The translations under genes were made by a program, and so were the position numbers. Below, piece after piece: positions 20,624-29,668 of a stretch of DNA of 64,000 nucleotides (the first letter of the stretch is position 1; every line of letters starts with the position of its first letter). The stretch is taken from the NCBI GenBank assembly GCA_964385055.1, contig CAYLMH010000001.1:30111-94110 (forward strand), read 5' to 3'. The stretch is from an uncultured Methanosarcinales archaeon. GTDB taxonomy: Archaea; Nanobdellota; Nanobdellia; Woesearchaeales; DSVV01. The notes under the pieces were generated by a model, which was given only the letters and a program-made list of their open reading frames with translations, was not told where the DNA came from and made no database searches.

Positions 20624-21583
20624 ATGCGAATACTCGTCACAGGGGGATGCGGTTTTATTGGCAGTGAAGTAGTCAAACAACTGCTCCAAAAAGGACATCA
20701 TGTCATAGTTCTAGACAATCTCAGCAAACCAGAAAGCTCGATCAAAGAAGGATATGAATTCCGAAAAGTGGATCTCAACGATAAGCTTGCAACAGAAAAA
20801 GCGTTTGCAGGAGCAGATATCTGCATTCATCTTGCTGCAAAGATTGGAGGCATTGGCTATTTTCATAAATATCCTGCAACAATTCTGAGTGAAAATAACA
20901 AAATGTATTCTTCTGTGTTTGAAGCAGCAGTAAAAAACAAGCTCAAGCGCATGGTCTATGTTTCCTCGTCAATGGTCTTTGAATCCGCAACACAATTTCC
21001 AAGCAAAGAAGAAGACACAAAACTCATTCCACCGCCAGTTTCAGCGTATGGCTTTTCCAAGCTCATTGGTGAATGGTATTGCTACTCCTTTTGGGATGAG
21101 TACAAACTTCCCTACTCGATTTGCCGACCATTTAATGCGTATGGTATTAATGAATTTCCTGGTCAAGAAATTGGCTACGCACATGTTATTCCTGATCTAG
21201 TAAAAAAGATCCTCAACGGCCAACATCCATTGGAAATGCTTGGTGATGGTCAGCAGACACGCTGCTTTACGCACGTGAGCGACATCGCAAATGGAATTAT
21301 TACAGTCGCGCTTTCTCCAAAAGCAGAAAATCAGGATTTTAACGTCGCAAGCCCAGAAGAAACAAAGATGATTGAACTTGCAGAAAAGATATGGAGAATC
21401 TGCGGGAGAAAAGAACCATTCCAAGTCAAACATGTGGAGGGATTCAAATACGACATTAAGCGCAGAGTTCCTGATACAACAAAGATAGCGAAAGTGCTCA
21501 ACTGGAAACCACAAGTGGAATTCGAAGACGGATTGCGTGAAGTGGTAACGTGGTTAAAAAAAGAACTCGAAAAAAAGAAGTAA
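20624..21583 (+). CDS. NAD-dependent nucleotide-sugar epimerase/dehydratase (extended SDR)
   Basis: GGCGFIG, HLAAKIGG, SSS, YGFSK, RPFNAYG, GDGQQTRCFTHVSD. Confidence 0.9.
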   Translation: MRILVTGGCGFIGSEVVKQLLQKGHHVIVLDNLSKPESSIKEGYEFRKVDLNDKLATEKAFAGADICIHLAAKIGGIGYFHKYPATILSENNKMYSSVFEAAVKNKLKRMVYVSSSMVFESATQFPSKEEDTKLIPPPVSAYGFSKLIGEWYCYSFWDEYKLPYSICRPFNAYGINEFPGQEIGYAHVIPDLVKKILNGQHPLEMLGDGQQTRCFTHVSDIANGIITVALSPKAENQDFNVASPEETKMIELAEKIWRICGRKEPFQVKHVEGFKYDIKRRVPDTTKIAKVLNWKPQVEFEDGLREVVTWLKKELEKKK

Positions 21584-21614
21584 GGAAAGAGCGGGAAAAG
21601 AAGGAAAAGTAAAA

Positions 21615-22358
21615 ATGAAAGAAGAAAAAAACAAGCAAAAAACAGAACAAGAAACAAAAATGCTTCCAGAAATCAGTGTTATCATCGCGTCATTCAATGA
21701 AGAAAGAAACATTAGAGAAACAATTCAGCGTGTGTACAAGACAATGCCAAACTGTGAACTGATTCTTGTCGAAGGCGGTACAGACAAAACAATAGAAATT
21801 GCAGAAGAAGAAAAGAAAAAACATCCAAGCATGATTATTATTCACAATAAAGAAGACAAAGGAAAAGGACAAGCAATTAGAGTGGGAATTGCTGCAGCGA
21901 CAAAACCAATCATGGCACAAGTGGATGCGGACTCACAGTTTCCTCCTGAAGAACTCCCTGGACTCATAAAACCAATTCTCGAGAAAAAAGCAGATATTGT
22001 TTTCGCGTCACGATTTGTCAAAGGATCAACGATCGAAGACGGATCACTCACCAGAATGCGAAGACTTGCAAACTATGTGGTTTCAGGATTCACTTCCCTA
22101 CTCTGCGGAACGCGATTGACAGACGTAAATGCAGGATTTAAGGCGTGGAAAAGCGACGTCATCAGAGATATTGACATGCAGTGCAATCATTTTGGCTATG
22201 AACCAGAAATTGCAATTATGGCTGCAAAAAAAGGCTATACAATCATCGAAACACCGGTAAATTACAAAGGAAGACAGCGGGGAATCTCCAACGTCAAATT
22301 ATTGAGAGATGGAATCATTATTCCCATCTTCCTCCTCAAAACAAAATTCTTCAGGTAA
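21615..22358 (+). CDS. GT2 DPM1-like glycosyltransferase
   Basis: ISVIIASFNEE, GKGQAIRVG, VDADSQ, FASRF, TDVNAGFKAW, FGYEPE. Confidence 0.85.
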   Translation: MKEEKNKQKTEQETKMLPEISVIIASFNEERNIRETIQRVYKTMPNCELILVEGGTDKTIEIAEEEKKKHPSMIIIHNKEDKGKGQAIRVGIAAATKPIMAQVDADSQFPPEELPGLIKPILEKKADIVFASRFVKGSTIEDGSLTRMRRLANYVVSGFTSLLCGTRLTDVNAGFKAWKSDVIRDIDMQCNHFGYEPEIAIMAAKKGYTIIETPVNYKGRQRGISNVKLLRDGIIIPIFLLKTKFFR

Positions 22359-22370
22359 TGTTTAGAGAAC

Positions 22371-23123
22371 ATGGAAAAGAAAACACAGAACAAAGAAGCT
22401 GAGAAAGAGTTCTTTGATAATGCGCTCAGCGAATCGCCATGGACAACGTTTAACGCAAACGGACAAAAACAGATATTCAAATTGTTTGAAGAAAACGTCA
22501 AGCCAAGAAAAGGAGAAATAGCGCTGGACATGGGTTGTGGCACAGGAGAATTTTCTGAACGACTAGAAGAGTATGGTTTGCAAGTCACAGGAATGGATAT
22601 TTCAAAGAAAGCAATAGAACTATGCAAAGAAAAGTACAAAGAAAAAAAGAATATGCATTTTGAAGTGCAGGATATTGAAAAAACAACGTGGAAAGATGAA
22701 TCTGCGGACATTATCTTTTTCGGAGGAGTCCTCCATCACTTTCCGCACAGAGAAAAAGTCTTCAAAGAGGCATTTCGCATTCTAAAAAAAGGGGGAAGAA
22801 TATTCGCCTTTGACCCGCATTATTATAACCTTATCATCTGGACATATCGAGAATTGCTGGGAGTAAAAACACAAAAGACAGAGAACGAAGTCCTCATAAA
22901 ACCAGAAGAAATAAGGAAGGAACTCACCAGTGCAGGGTTTACGCAGATTAATGCAAAAGGAACAGCGAATATCACATTTGATATGCGCTACTTCAAGAAG
23001 CTTGTTCCATTCCCCTTATATTACGGAGCGTACATCTACAATGGCATTGAACGAGGAATACACAGCATCAAACCACTAGAAGAAAAGTATGGCTCATTTG
23101 CAATAACGTATGCAAGAAAATAG
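22371..23123 (+). CDS. Class I SAM-dependent methyltransferase
   Basis: ALDMGCGTG, GMDIS, GVLHHF, EAFRILKKGG. Confidence 0.9.
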   Translation: MEKKTQNKEAEKEFFDNALSESPWTTFNANGQKQIFKLFEENVKPRKGEIALDMGCGTGEFSERLEEYGLQVTGMDISKKAIELCKEKYKEKKNMHFEVQDIEKTTWKDESADIIFFGGVLHHFPHREKVFKEAFRILKKGGRIFAFDPHYYNLIIWTYRELLGVKTQKTENEVLIKPEEIRKELTSAGFTQINAKGTANITFDMRYFKKLVPFPLYYGAYIYNGIERGIHSIKPLEEKYGSFAITYARK

Positions 23124-23134
23124 AGACAATAAAG

Positions 23135-25141
23135 ATGGAGAAGAAACAAAAAATATGGTTAAAAATAATCTTCATACTAGTTTTACTCACGTTTGTTTTG
23201 TATAGAACAGAAGAGTATTTTGGCTGGATAGGATATAGAGAAACATGGACAACATGTATTGATTATATTCAAGAAGGAACCTTATGGAGTGGTCAACCGC
23301 ATTGCGAAGGTGCGCTAGTTCCTTTTTATGTGATTTATGAATTAGATAACATTTTCGGCAGGGAATATGTCCAAAAAGCAACAATCGTATTATCGACAAT
23401 GATTGCATTGTTATTTTTCTGGGTTTTTTGGAAAACAGCAAAGAAAGAAGGGCTTGAAAATGATTTTTTTCTCCCTGCAGTGTTGTTTGGCTTGCTTTTT
23501 TATATAAACACGATCACAAATGTTGAAGCAGTTCTAAACAGCTTCTTTTTTTTCTCCGCATACTATATATTATTTTTTACAGAACATCGCTGGAAATATT
23601 ATGAAACAGGAGTGCTTTTGTTACTTGCTCTTTTGTCAAAAATAAATGTCATTATTCAAATAGTATTTTTACTCTTTTGGTACGGATATGAAAAGAAGCT
23701 TTGGCATTTTGAAGAGGGAAAACTAAAGATACAGTTAAAGAGAGAAATTCTCTGGGGATATGCGCAGATTTTCACCCCAATATTTATAGGGTTTTTGCTT
23801 GCGATGAGAATGTATAAATATTTCTGGATATATGCATGGCAGGTCTTTACAAAGCAAAATATTGCATTATCGTTTCTCCAAACAACAAAAGAAATGTTTT
23901 TGTTTGACATAACAAAAACAGATATTATATATATTGTCGTGTTAATGACCGCACTCATCTGCACATATTTATTTTGGAAAGAGAAGAAGTTTTATACATT
24001 GATGAGTGGCCCTGTATTTCTGCTTGCAATCTTTCTCATTATCCGCGCGTTTGGCATTCAATTTGCAACAGGAGTAAGATATTGGTCTGTTATATTCCCC
24101 TTCGCGATTTTAAGTATTTTAAAGGTAAAAGAAACATGGACAAAAGCACCGCTAAAACAAGTGATGTATGGATTTCTCATAATAATTATAGTATTCCCTG
24201 GACTCTATGAAGGTCCATTTTTATTGAAAGATGACTTGAGTTATGTGGATAGTATAAACATTATTGACAAAGCAACAGAAGGATGGAAAGAAAAGGATGC
24301 CCTCATCAAAGAGATCCATTATGGATATAGTATTGTCCCAGAGCAAGAGGAGAGAATTTTATTAGAAGATGATCCTGCTGGATTTAAAAGAAAGATCATT
24401 TCTTTTGGATCAAATATCCCTTATGAAAAAGTGGATTTTCTTACAAAAAAATATATGGAGTCACATCCGGATATATGGGGTTTTCCACGATACCAAGAGT
24501 TACTCGGAGAAAATCTGATATATGAACCAACATCAGAAAATCTTAATGAAAGAGAGCAGGACGTAATCAAAAAGATTGAGAATGGAACGTATAGTTTAAT
24601 CATTTTAGGACCACCAGAATGGGCAATTTCTGAAAAAATACTGGCAAATGTGAAGAATGAAACATTAAGCGAGTATTGTCAAGTCCTTGTCCCAAATAAT
24701 GTGTGGTTAACAGAAGGAGGTTGGCATTTTAGTTATTTCTTTTTTAAAGATCAAAACCATTGTGGTGAGATGCTGGAGAAAATGACGATTTATTTCAGCA
24801 CGCATTTTCAAGAGATCTGTACAAAAGATAAGACAACAGCAAATATGATTACACAAGTAATGCTGCAAAACGAAATGAATTTTAACATGGCATGCAGTGA
24901 TGGAGGAAGTGCGTTAGAAGCGCTCAAAACAGGAAAAGCGATAAAGAAAGTTGAAATTCTTTTGATGCTGATACTATTTGCGTTGCCAAGTATATATGGA
25001 GCGTATAAAGAAGAAGATAAAGAAAGAAGAAGAAAATTATGTATAATTTTGTTTATCTTATTGATTATATTTATACTTGTTATATCACTCATGAATGCAG
25101 AAATATCATTTAAGAGCGGAATTGTACAAGCAATTCAATAA
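23135..25141 (+). CDS. Polytopic membrane protein, GT-C-like, Cys-motif paralog family member 3
   Basis: WTTCIDYIQEGTLWSGQPHCEG, ALLSKIN, RYW, C-terminal YCQV...HC...YFSTHFQEIC...NEMNFNMAC. Confidence 0.65.
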   Translation: MEKKQKIWLKIIFILVLLTFVLYRTEEYFGWIGYRETWTTCIDYIQEGTLWSGQPHCEGALVPFYVIYELDNIFGREYVQKATIVLSTMIALLFFWVFWKTAKKEGLENDFFLPAVLFGLLFYINTITNVEAVLNSFFFFSAYYILFFTEHRWKYYETGVLLLLALLSKINVIIQIVFLLFWYGYEKKLWHFEEGKLKIQLKREILWGYAQIFTPIFIGFLLAMRMYKYFWIYAWQVFTKQNIALSFLQTTKEMFLFDITKTDIIYIVVLMTALICTYLFWKEKKFYTLMSGPVFLLAIFLIIRAFGIQFATGVRYWSVIFPFAILSILKVKETWTKAPLKQVMYGFLIIIIVFPGLYEGPFLLKDDLSYVDSINIIDKATEGWKEKDALIKEIHYGYSIVPEQEERILLEDDPAGFKRKIISFGSNIPYEKVDFLTKKYMESHPDIWGFPRYQELLGENLIYEPTSENLNEREQDVIKKIENGTYSLIILGPPEWAISEKILANVKNETLSEYCQVLVPNNVWLTEGGWHFSYFFFKDQNHCGEMLEKMTIYFSTHFQEICTKDKTTANMITQVMLQNEMNFNMACSDGGSALEALKTGKAIKKVEILLMLILFALPSIYGAYKEEDKERRRKLCIILFILLIIFILVISLMNAEISFKSGIVQAIQ

Positions 25142-25211
25142 ACAAAAGGAATGGGAAGAGTAAAGAACACATTTTCATAAGCTTTAAGAAAGAAAAAGGA
25201 GAAACAAGAAT

Positions 25212-26012
25212 ATGGAGGAAAAAATTTCTGCGTTTGTCATCACAAAAAATGAAGAAGAGAAGATAGAAAACTGTTTGAACCACCTCCTTTGGGCAGATGA
25301 AATTATTATTCTTGACAGTAAAAGCACAGATAATACAGTCAAAAAAGCAAGAAAATATACAAAGAAAGTGTTTAGTAGGGAATTTGATGGGTATGGTGCA
25401 CAGAAACAAGCAGCAATTGACAAATGCACAAACAACTGGATTCTAGAAGTTGACGCTGATGAAATAGTAACAAAAGAATTACAAGAAGAAATAATAAAAT
25501 TGAAACAGAGTCAAGAAATAAATAAGTATGCAGGATACACAATACAAAGACAAGAATATTTTTTAAACAAAAAACTAATGGTATCAAAAATACCACGATT
25601 ATATAAGAAAGAAAATGTAAGATACAAAGGATACATTCACGAGAAGCTGGATATTAAAGGAAGTATTGGACACCTAAAAAAGAAGATAGAACATGAATCA
25701 GATAAGTATGAATCAATTGCAAAAAGAGTGGAAAAAATAAATGAATACACAAAAAAAGAAGCAGAGCATAAAATAAAAGAACAACAATGGACAACAGCAA
25801 AAGTGCTCCTAAACATGATAATAATCCCTGAATGCTATTTTCTATGGTTTTACTTGCGAAAGGCATTAATTTTAAAAGGATATAGGGGACTTATTTGGTC
25901 ATTACTTACAGCATACTACCATTTCTTAATCTACGCAAAGTTATATGAGTATATTTATAAAGCAAAAGAAGCATCCAACTCGAGGAAATACAATGAAAAA
26001 AATCAAAATTGA
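25212..26012 (+). CDS. GT2 WaaE/KdtX/LgtF-like beta-glucosyltransferase
   Basis: ISAFVITKNEE, WADEIIILDSKSTDNT, FDGYGAQKQAA, WILEVDADE, IHE, GYRGL. Confidence 0.85.
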   Translation: MEEKISAFVITKNEEEKIENCLNHLLWADEIIILDSKSTDNTVKKARKYTKKVFSREFDGYGAQKQAAIDKCTNNWILEVDADEIVTKELQEEIIKLKQSQEINKYAGYTIQRQEYFLNKKLMVSKIPRLYKKENVRYKGYIHEKLDIKGSIGHLKKKIEHESDKYESIAKRVEKINEYTKKEAEHKIKEQQWTTAKVLLNMIIIPECYFLWFYLRKALILKGYRGLIWSLLTAYYHFLIYAKLYEYIYKAKEASNSRKYNEKNQN

Positions 26013-26598
26013 ATATCATAAAGGAAAGTGTATTGGCGCGTTTAATTGCACAAATATTGCTCCTGCGTTCTTCAAAGAACAAGGCACGAAAGCGGATCTT
26101 CTTGGCGCAATAACAGAGAAAGGCTATCAAACATTGGATGTGGAATGTGATAACGAAACTGCTGCGCAGATTATAGAGGCTGCGGAAAAATGCCCTGCAA
26201 ATGTCATTAATGTGATTGACAAAACAGCAAACCAAAAAGTAGTGGATACCACAATAAAAATAAAAGAAGATATAAGAGAAATTAAAGCAGAATATGATGA
26301 CAGAAAAGAATTTGTGCTCGATGAAAAAGGATATTTTTTAATTCGAATTGTTCCTGAAAAAAAGATGATAGAAATTGGGTTCTGTGGAAAAAGAAACACG
26401 ATAGAAGTAAAAGTGCATGGAAAAACACCTATTGAAATATACCAAACAGTACTGAAGGAAAAAATAATTGACAGAGCAGATCACGCAGCATATTTAGGGA
26501 GAGAATTGCAAAAAGCGTATACAGCACTTCAATTAGGAATACCTTATGTACAAGATGATGAGCTCGATCTCGAGCACCTAAAGAAAAAAGGGACATAA
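25993..26598 (+). CDS. Ferredoxin (single cluster, 3Fe-4S-like) fused to DUF4346 domain
   Basis: N-term CIGAFNC..IAP...AAEKCPANVI (Ala at the second Cys position). C-term LDEKGYFLI...DHAAYLGRELQKA..AL..G..YVQD, typical of DUF4346. GAGG SD before ATG 25993. Confidence 0.8.
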   Translation: MKKIKIEYHKGKCIGAFNCTNIAPAFFKEQGTKADLLGAITEKGYQTLDVECDNETAAQIIEAAEKCPANVINVIDKTANQKVVDTTIKIKEDIREIKAEYDDRKEFVLDEKGYFLIRIVPEKKMIEIGFCGKRNTIEVKVHGKTPIEIYQTVLKEKIIDRADHAAYLGRELQKAYTALQLGIPYVQDDELDLEHLKKKGT

Positions 26599-26600
26599 TA

Positions 26601-27977
26601 ATGAAAGTTCTCTTAATATTTCCACCACAAAATCTCGAAGCGAGATACAGCCATAACATGGGTAATGTTGGCGGTTTTCTTCCGCCTTTAGGCCTCTGTT
26701 ATATGGCAGCAGTGCTCGAAAAAGAAAACCATGAAGTCCGCATCATGGATTGTCCAGTGAATGATTACAGAATCAACCATATTCTTGATGAAGTGCGATC
26801 GTTTAAGCCAGATGTTGTGGGAACAGCAGCAATTACCTCGCTTGCAGAAGTCACCAAAGGAATATGCGCTGCGATAAAAAAAGAAGCGCCAGGCACCACA
26901 ATTATGGTAGGTGGTCCACATGCGTCCATCATGCCAAAGGAAGTTGCAGAAACAATGGACGTGGATATTGTTCTTGTTGAAGAAGCAGATGGAAGAATTG
27001 CAGAAATTGTTGCAGATCTTCCAAAATATAAAGAAATGAAAATAGTGCAGTGCGGAAAAGTAAAAGACCTCAATACATTGCCATATCCCGCGCGCCATTT
27101 AGTGGATATGAGCAAATATACAAGCTTGCCAAATACCTACAAAACATCACCAAACGTATTCCAGATGGTCACCTCACGAGGCTGTCCATATACCTGCACA
27201 TTTTGTTTTGACGCAAAAGGCACGTTCAGACAGCGATCAGTAGAAAATGTGATTGGAGAACTCAAATTGCTCCAAAAAGAGTATGGCATCAAAGAAGTCG
27301 CGTTTTGGGATGACATCATGACCTTAAACAAAAAATGGATGCATGATTTCTGTGATGCAGTGGAAAAAGAATTACCAGGACTAGTCTGGAGCTGTTACAC
27401 ACGATTAAATCTCGTGGATAAACCATTGCTTGTGCACATGAAAAAAGCAGGATGTTGGAATATTTTCTTTGGTATTGAAGCAGGAGATCAAGAACTCCTT
27501 GACAATATGAAAAAGCTCATGACTCTCGATCAAATGCGACAAGCAGTCAAGTGGGTACAAGAAGCTGGCATTGAAATTAGAGGCTCGTTTATGATTGGTC
27601 TTCCTGGAGAAACACCAGAAAAAGCGAGAAAAACAATTGACTTTGCGATTGAATTAGAACCAGATTATGCACAATTTTCTATTACCACTCCGTATCCAGG
27701 AACAGAACTTTGGAATACCTATGAAAAATGGGGAACACTGGACAAATCATTCAAGGATTATCATGGCTGGTCCCCAGTCTTCGTTCCGAATGGGTATAAA
27801 GACAGAAAAGAATTAATGGATATTCACAAAGAAGCGTTTCGAAGATTCTACATGCGTCCCAAGTATGTTGCAAGAAGAATTGCAAAAATCAGAACATGGG
27901 ATGACATCAAACGCTATGCAATTGGCGCGCGCGTTGTTTTCGGAATGTTAGGCAGAGAGAAAACGAGTGGACACTAA
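26601..27977 (+). CDS. B12-binding domain radical SAM enzyme (class B-like) #3
   Basis: PPLGLCYMAAVLE, GGPHAS, TSRGCPYTCTFC, FGIEAG, FMIGLPGET, TPYPGT. Confidence 0.9.
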   Translation: MKVLLIFPPQNLEARYSHNMGNVGGFLPPLGLCYMAAVLEKENHEVRIMDCPVNDYRINHILDEVRSFKPDVVGTAAITSLAEVTKGICAAIKKEAPGTTIMVGGPHASIMPKEVAETMDVDIVLVEEADGRIAEIVADLPKYKEMKIVQCGKVKDLNTLPYPARHLVDMSKYTSLPNTYKTSPNVFQMVTSRGCPYTCTFCFDAKGTFRQRSVENVIGELKLLQKEYGIKEVAFWDDIMTLNKKWMHDFCDAVEKELPGLVWSCYTRLNLVDKPLLVHMKKAGCWNIFFGIEAGDQELLDNMKKLMTLDQMRQAVKWVQEAGIEIRGSFMIGLPGETPEKARKTIDFAIELEPDYAQFSITTPYPGTELWNTYEKWGTLDKSFKDYHGWSPVFVPNGYKDRKELMDIHKEAFRRFYMRPKYVARRIAKIRTWDDIKRYAIGARVVFGMLGREKTSGH

Positions 27978-28017
27978 GTCCACAAGATTTTTAAACCAAA
28001 AGCCGCTTTCTCCGACT

Positions 28018-28974
28018 ATGAAAGAGAAAAAGGCAATTGCAGAATTAACGTTGTTTTTTCCTGCATATAATGAAGAAGAAAATATTAGTGTATGCATTGA
28101 AAAAGCAAAAAATGCTGCAGAGAAGTATACAGAAAAGTGGGAAATTCTTGTAGTAGTATATGAAGGATCCATAGATAAAACAAAAGAAATTGTCAAAGAA
28201 TATGGGGAAAAAGACAAAAGAATAAAGCTTGTTATTCAACCAAAAGAAAGAAAAGGCGTTGGAGCAGCCTATCAAATTGGATTTGAAAAAGCAAGATATA
28301 ATACGATCTTCTACTGTGATTCAGACAACCAGTTTGATCCTGATGAAATAAAGAGATTTCTTCCATATATAGAAGAGTATGATATTATCGCAGGGTATAG
28401 GATAAATAGGCAAGATCCAAAAGGAAGAATTTGGACATCAAGAATTTACAATTTTTTTTTGAGACAGATATTTCCCATCAAAGAAAAGGATGTGGATTGT
28501 GCGTTTAGATTGGTTAAAAAAGAAATATTTGAAAAAATAAAGATAGTATCAACAACAGGACTTATGACCGCAGAAATGCTCACGAAGGCAAGAATTGCAG
28601 GATATAAAATTACGCAAGTAGGTGTTTCTCATTATCCTCGAGTTGCAGGAGAAGCACGATTTGAGATGCCTGCTGGTTTAAATGTTCCTAAACCAAAAGT
28701 AGTGTGGGAGATTCTTAAAGAGATTCTTGCATTACGAGAAGAAATAAAAGCGTTTAAAGCAATGTATGCGTATAAAGTAGTATCAAGAAAAAGAAAAGGA
28801 ATAACTGCACTATATTACACATTCAGAAACACACTTCTTATCTTTTGGAATGCAGTGTTATGGAGAAGATGCCCTGTTTGTCATGCGGCAATTCAAGAAA
28901 AAGATCATCCAGAAGACCTTACACAATATGGAATTTGCACAAACCAAACATGTGCATGGGGAAAAGGAAAATGA
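28018..28974 (+). CDS. GT2 DPM-like glycosyltransferase with C-terminal Cys4 extension
   Basis: FFPAYNEEENI, CDSDNQFD, AGYR..RQD, DVDCAFRL, HYPRVAG; tail CPVC...CTNQTC. Confidence 0.85.
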   Translation: MKEKKAIAELTLFFPAYNEEENISVCIEKAKNAAEKYTEKWEILVVVYEGSIDKTKEIVKEYGEKDKRIKLVIQPKERKGVGAAYQIGFEKARYNTIFYCDSDNQFDPDEIKRFLPYIEEYDIIAGYRINRQDPKGRIWTSRIYNFFLRQIFPIKEKDVDCAFRLVKKEIFEKIKIVSTTGLMTAEMLTKARIAGYKITQVGVSHYPRVAGEARFEMPAGLNVPKPKVVWEILKEILALREEIKAFKAMYAYKVVSRKRKGITALYYTFRNTLLIFWNAVLWRRCPVCHAAIQEKDHPEDLTQYGICTNQTCAWGKGK

Positions 28975-29660
28975 GTTCTAATATTAAAAAGACAAAAGAA
29001 TATTTTGATGCAAACCCAACCCATTTCAAGAATGCAGTGGAAGAATATCCTATTATGTATAGGGAAGCAGCTGAACGAATTAACAAATATATCAGAGGAA
29101 TAGTCTTAGACATAGGGAGTGGCGGAATTATTAATTATGATGTGAAAAAAGCAAAAATAGTGATATTAGCAGATATAACAAGCGCAAATAGAGATCGTGC
29201 GAGAAAAAATATTGTTTTCATTAATAGTGATATAAGACGACTAGGAATAGAGAGAGAAAAGATGGATATAGTTGTCATGCAACATCTTTTACATCATCTT
29301 GCGGATAATACACTAAAGAAAACACTCTATAATTTAAAACAAGGAATGAAAGAAACAAATAGAGTAGTAAAAAAAGGAGGGAAGATAATCATTATAGAAG
29401 GATGTGTTCCTCCCTTTTTCGATTACCTGCAACGCATATTGTTTCCCATAAACAGAAAATTGTATAAGTGGATATTCTCATTCCCAATGGTTCTTCAATA
29501 TTCACGAGAGAAGATTGTGAAAGAACTCAAAAAAGCAGGGTTTGCAATAGAATCTGTTGAAGTAATAAAAGATGGAGATGTGCTTCCGATATTTGGATTG
29601 AATCTTCCTCGAAAGTATATTCCGTTAAAGCATTATTGTATTATCGCAAGAAAAAGCTAG
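28971..29660 (+). CDS. Class I SAM-dependent methyltransferase
   Basis: VLDIGSGG, LLHHL, RVVKKGGKIIIIE. ATGA overlap with the upstream GT2. Confidence 0.85.
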   Translation: MSSNIKKTKEYFDANPTHFKNAVEEYPIMYREAAERINKYIRGIVLDIGSGGIINYDVKKAKIVILADITSANRDRARKNIVFINSDIRRLGIEREKMDIVVMQHLLHHLADNTLKKTLYNLKQGMKETNRVVKKGGKIIIIEGCVPPFFDYLQRILFPINRKLYKWIFSFPMVLQYSREKIVKELKKAGFAIESVEVIKDGDVLPIFGLNLPRKYIPLKHYCIIARKS

Positions 29661-29668
29661 AGAAGAGT

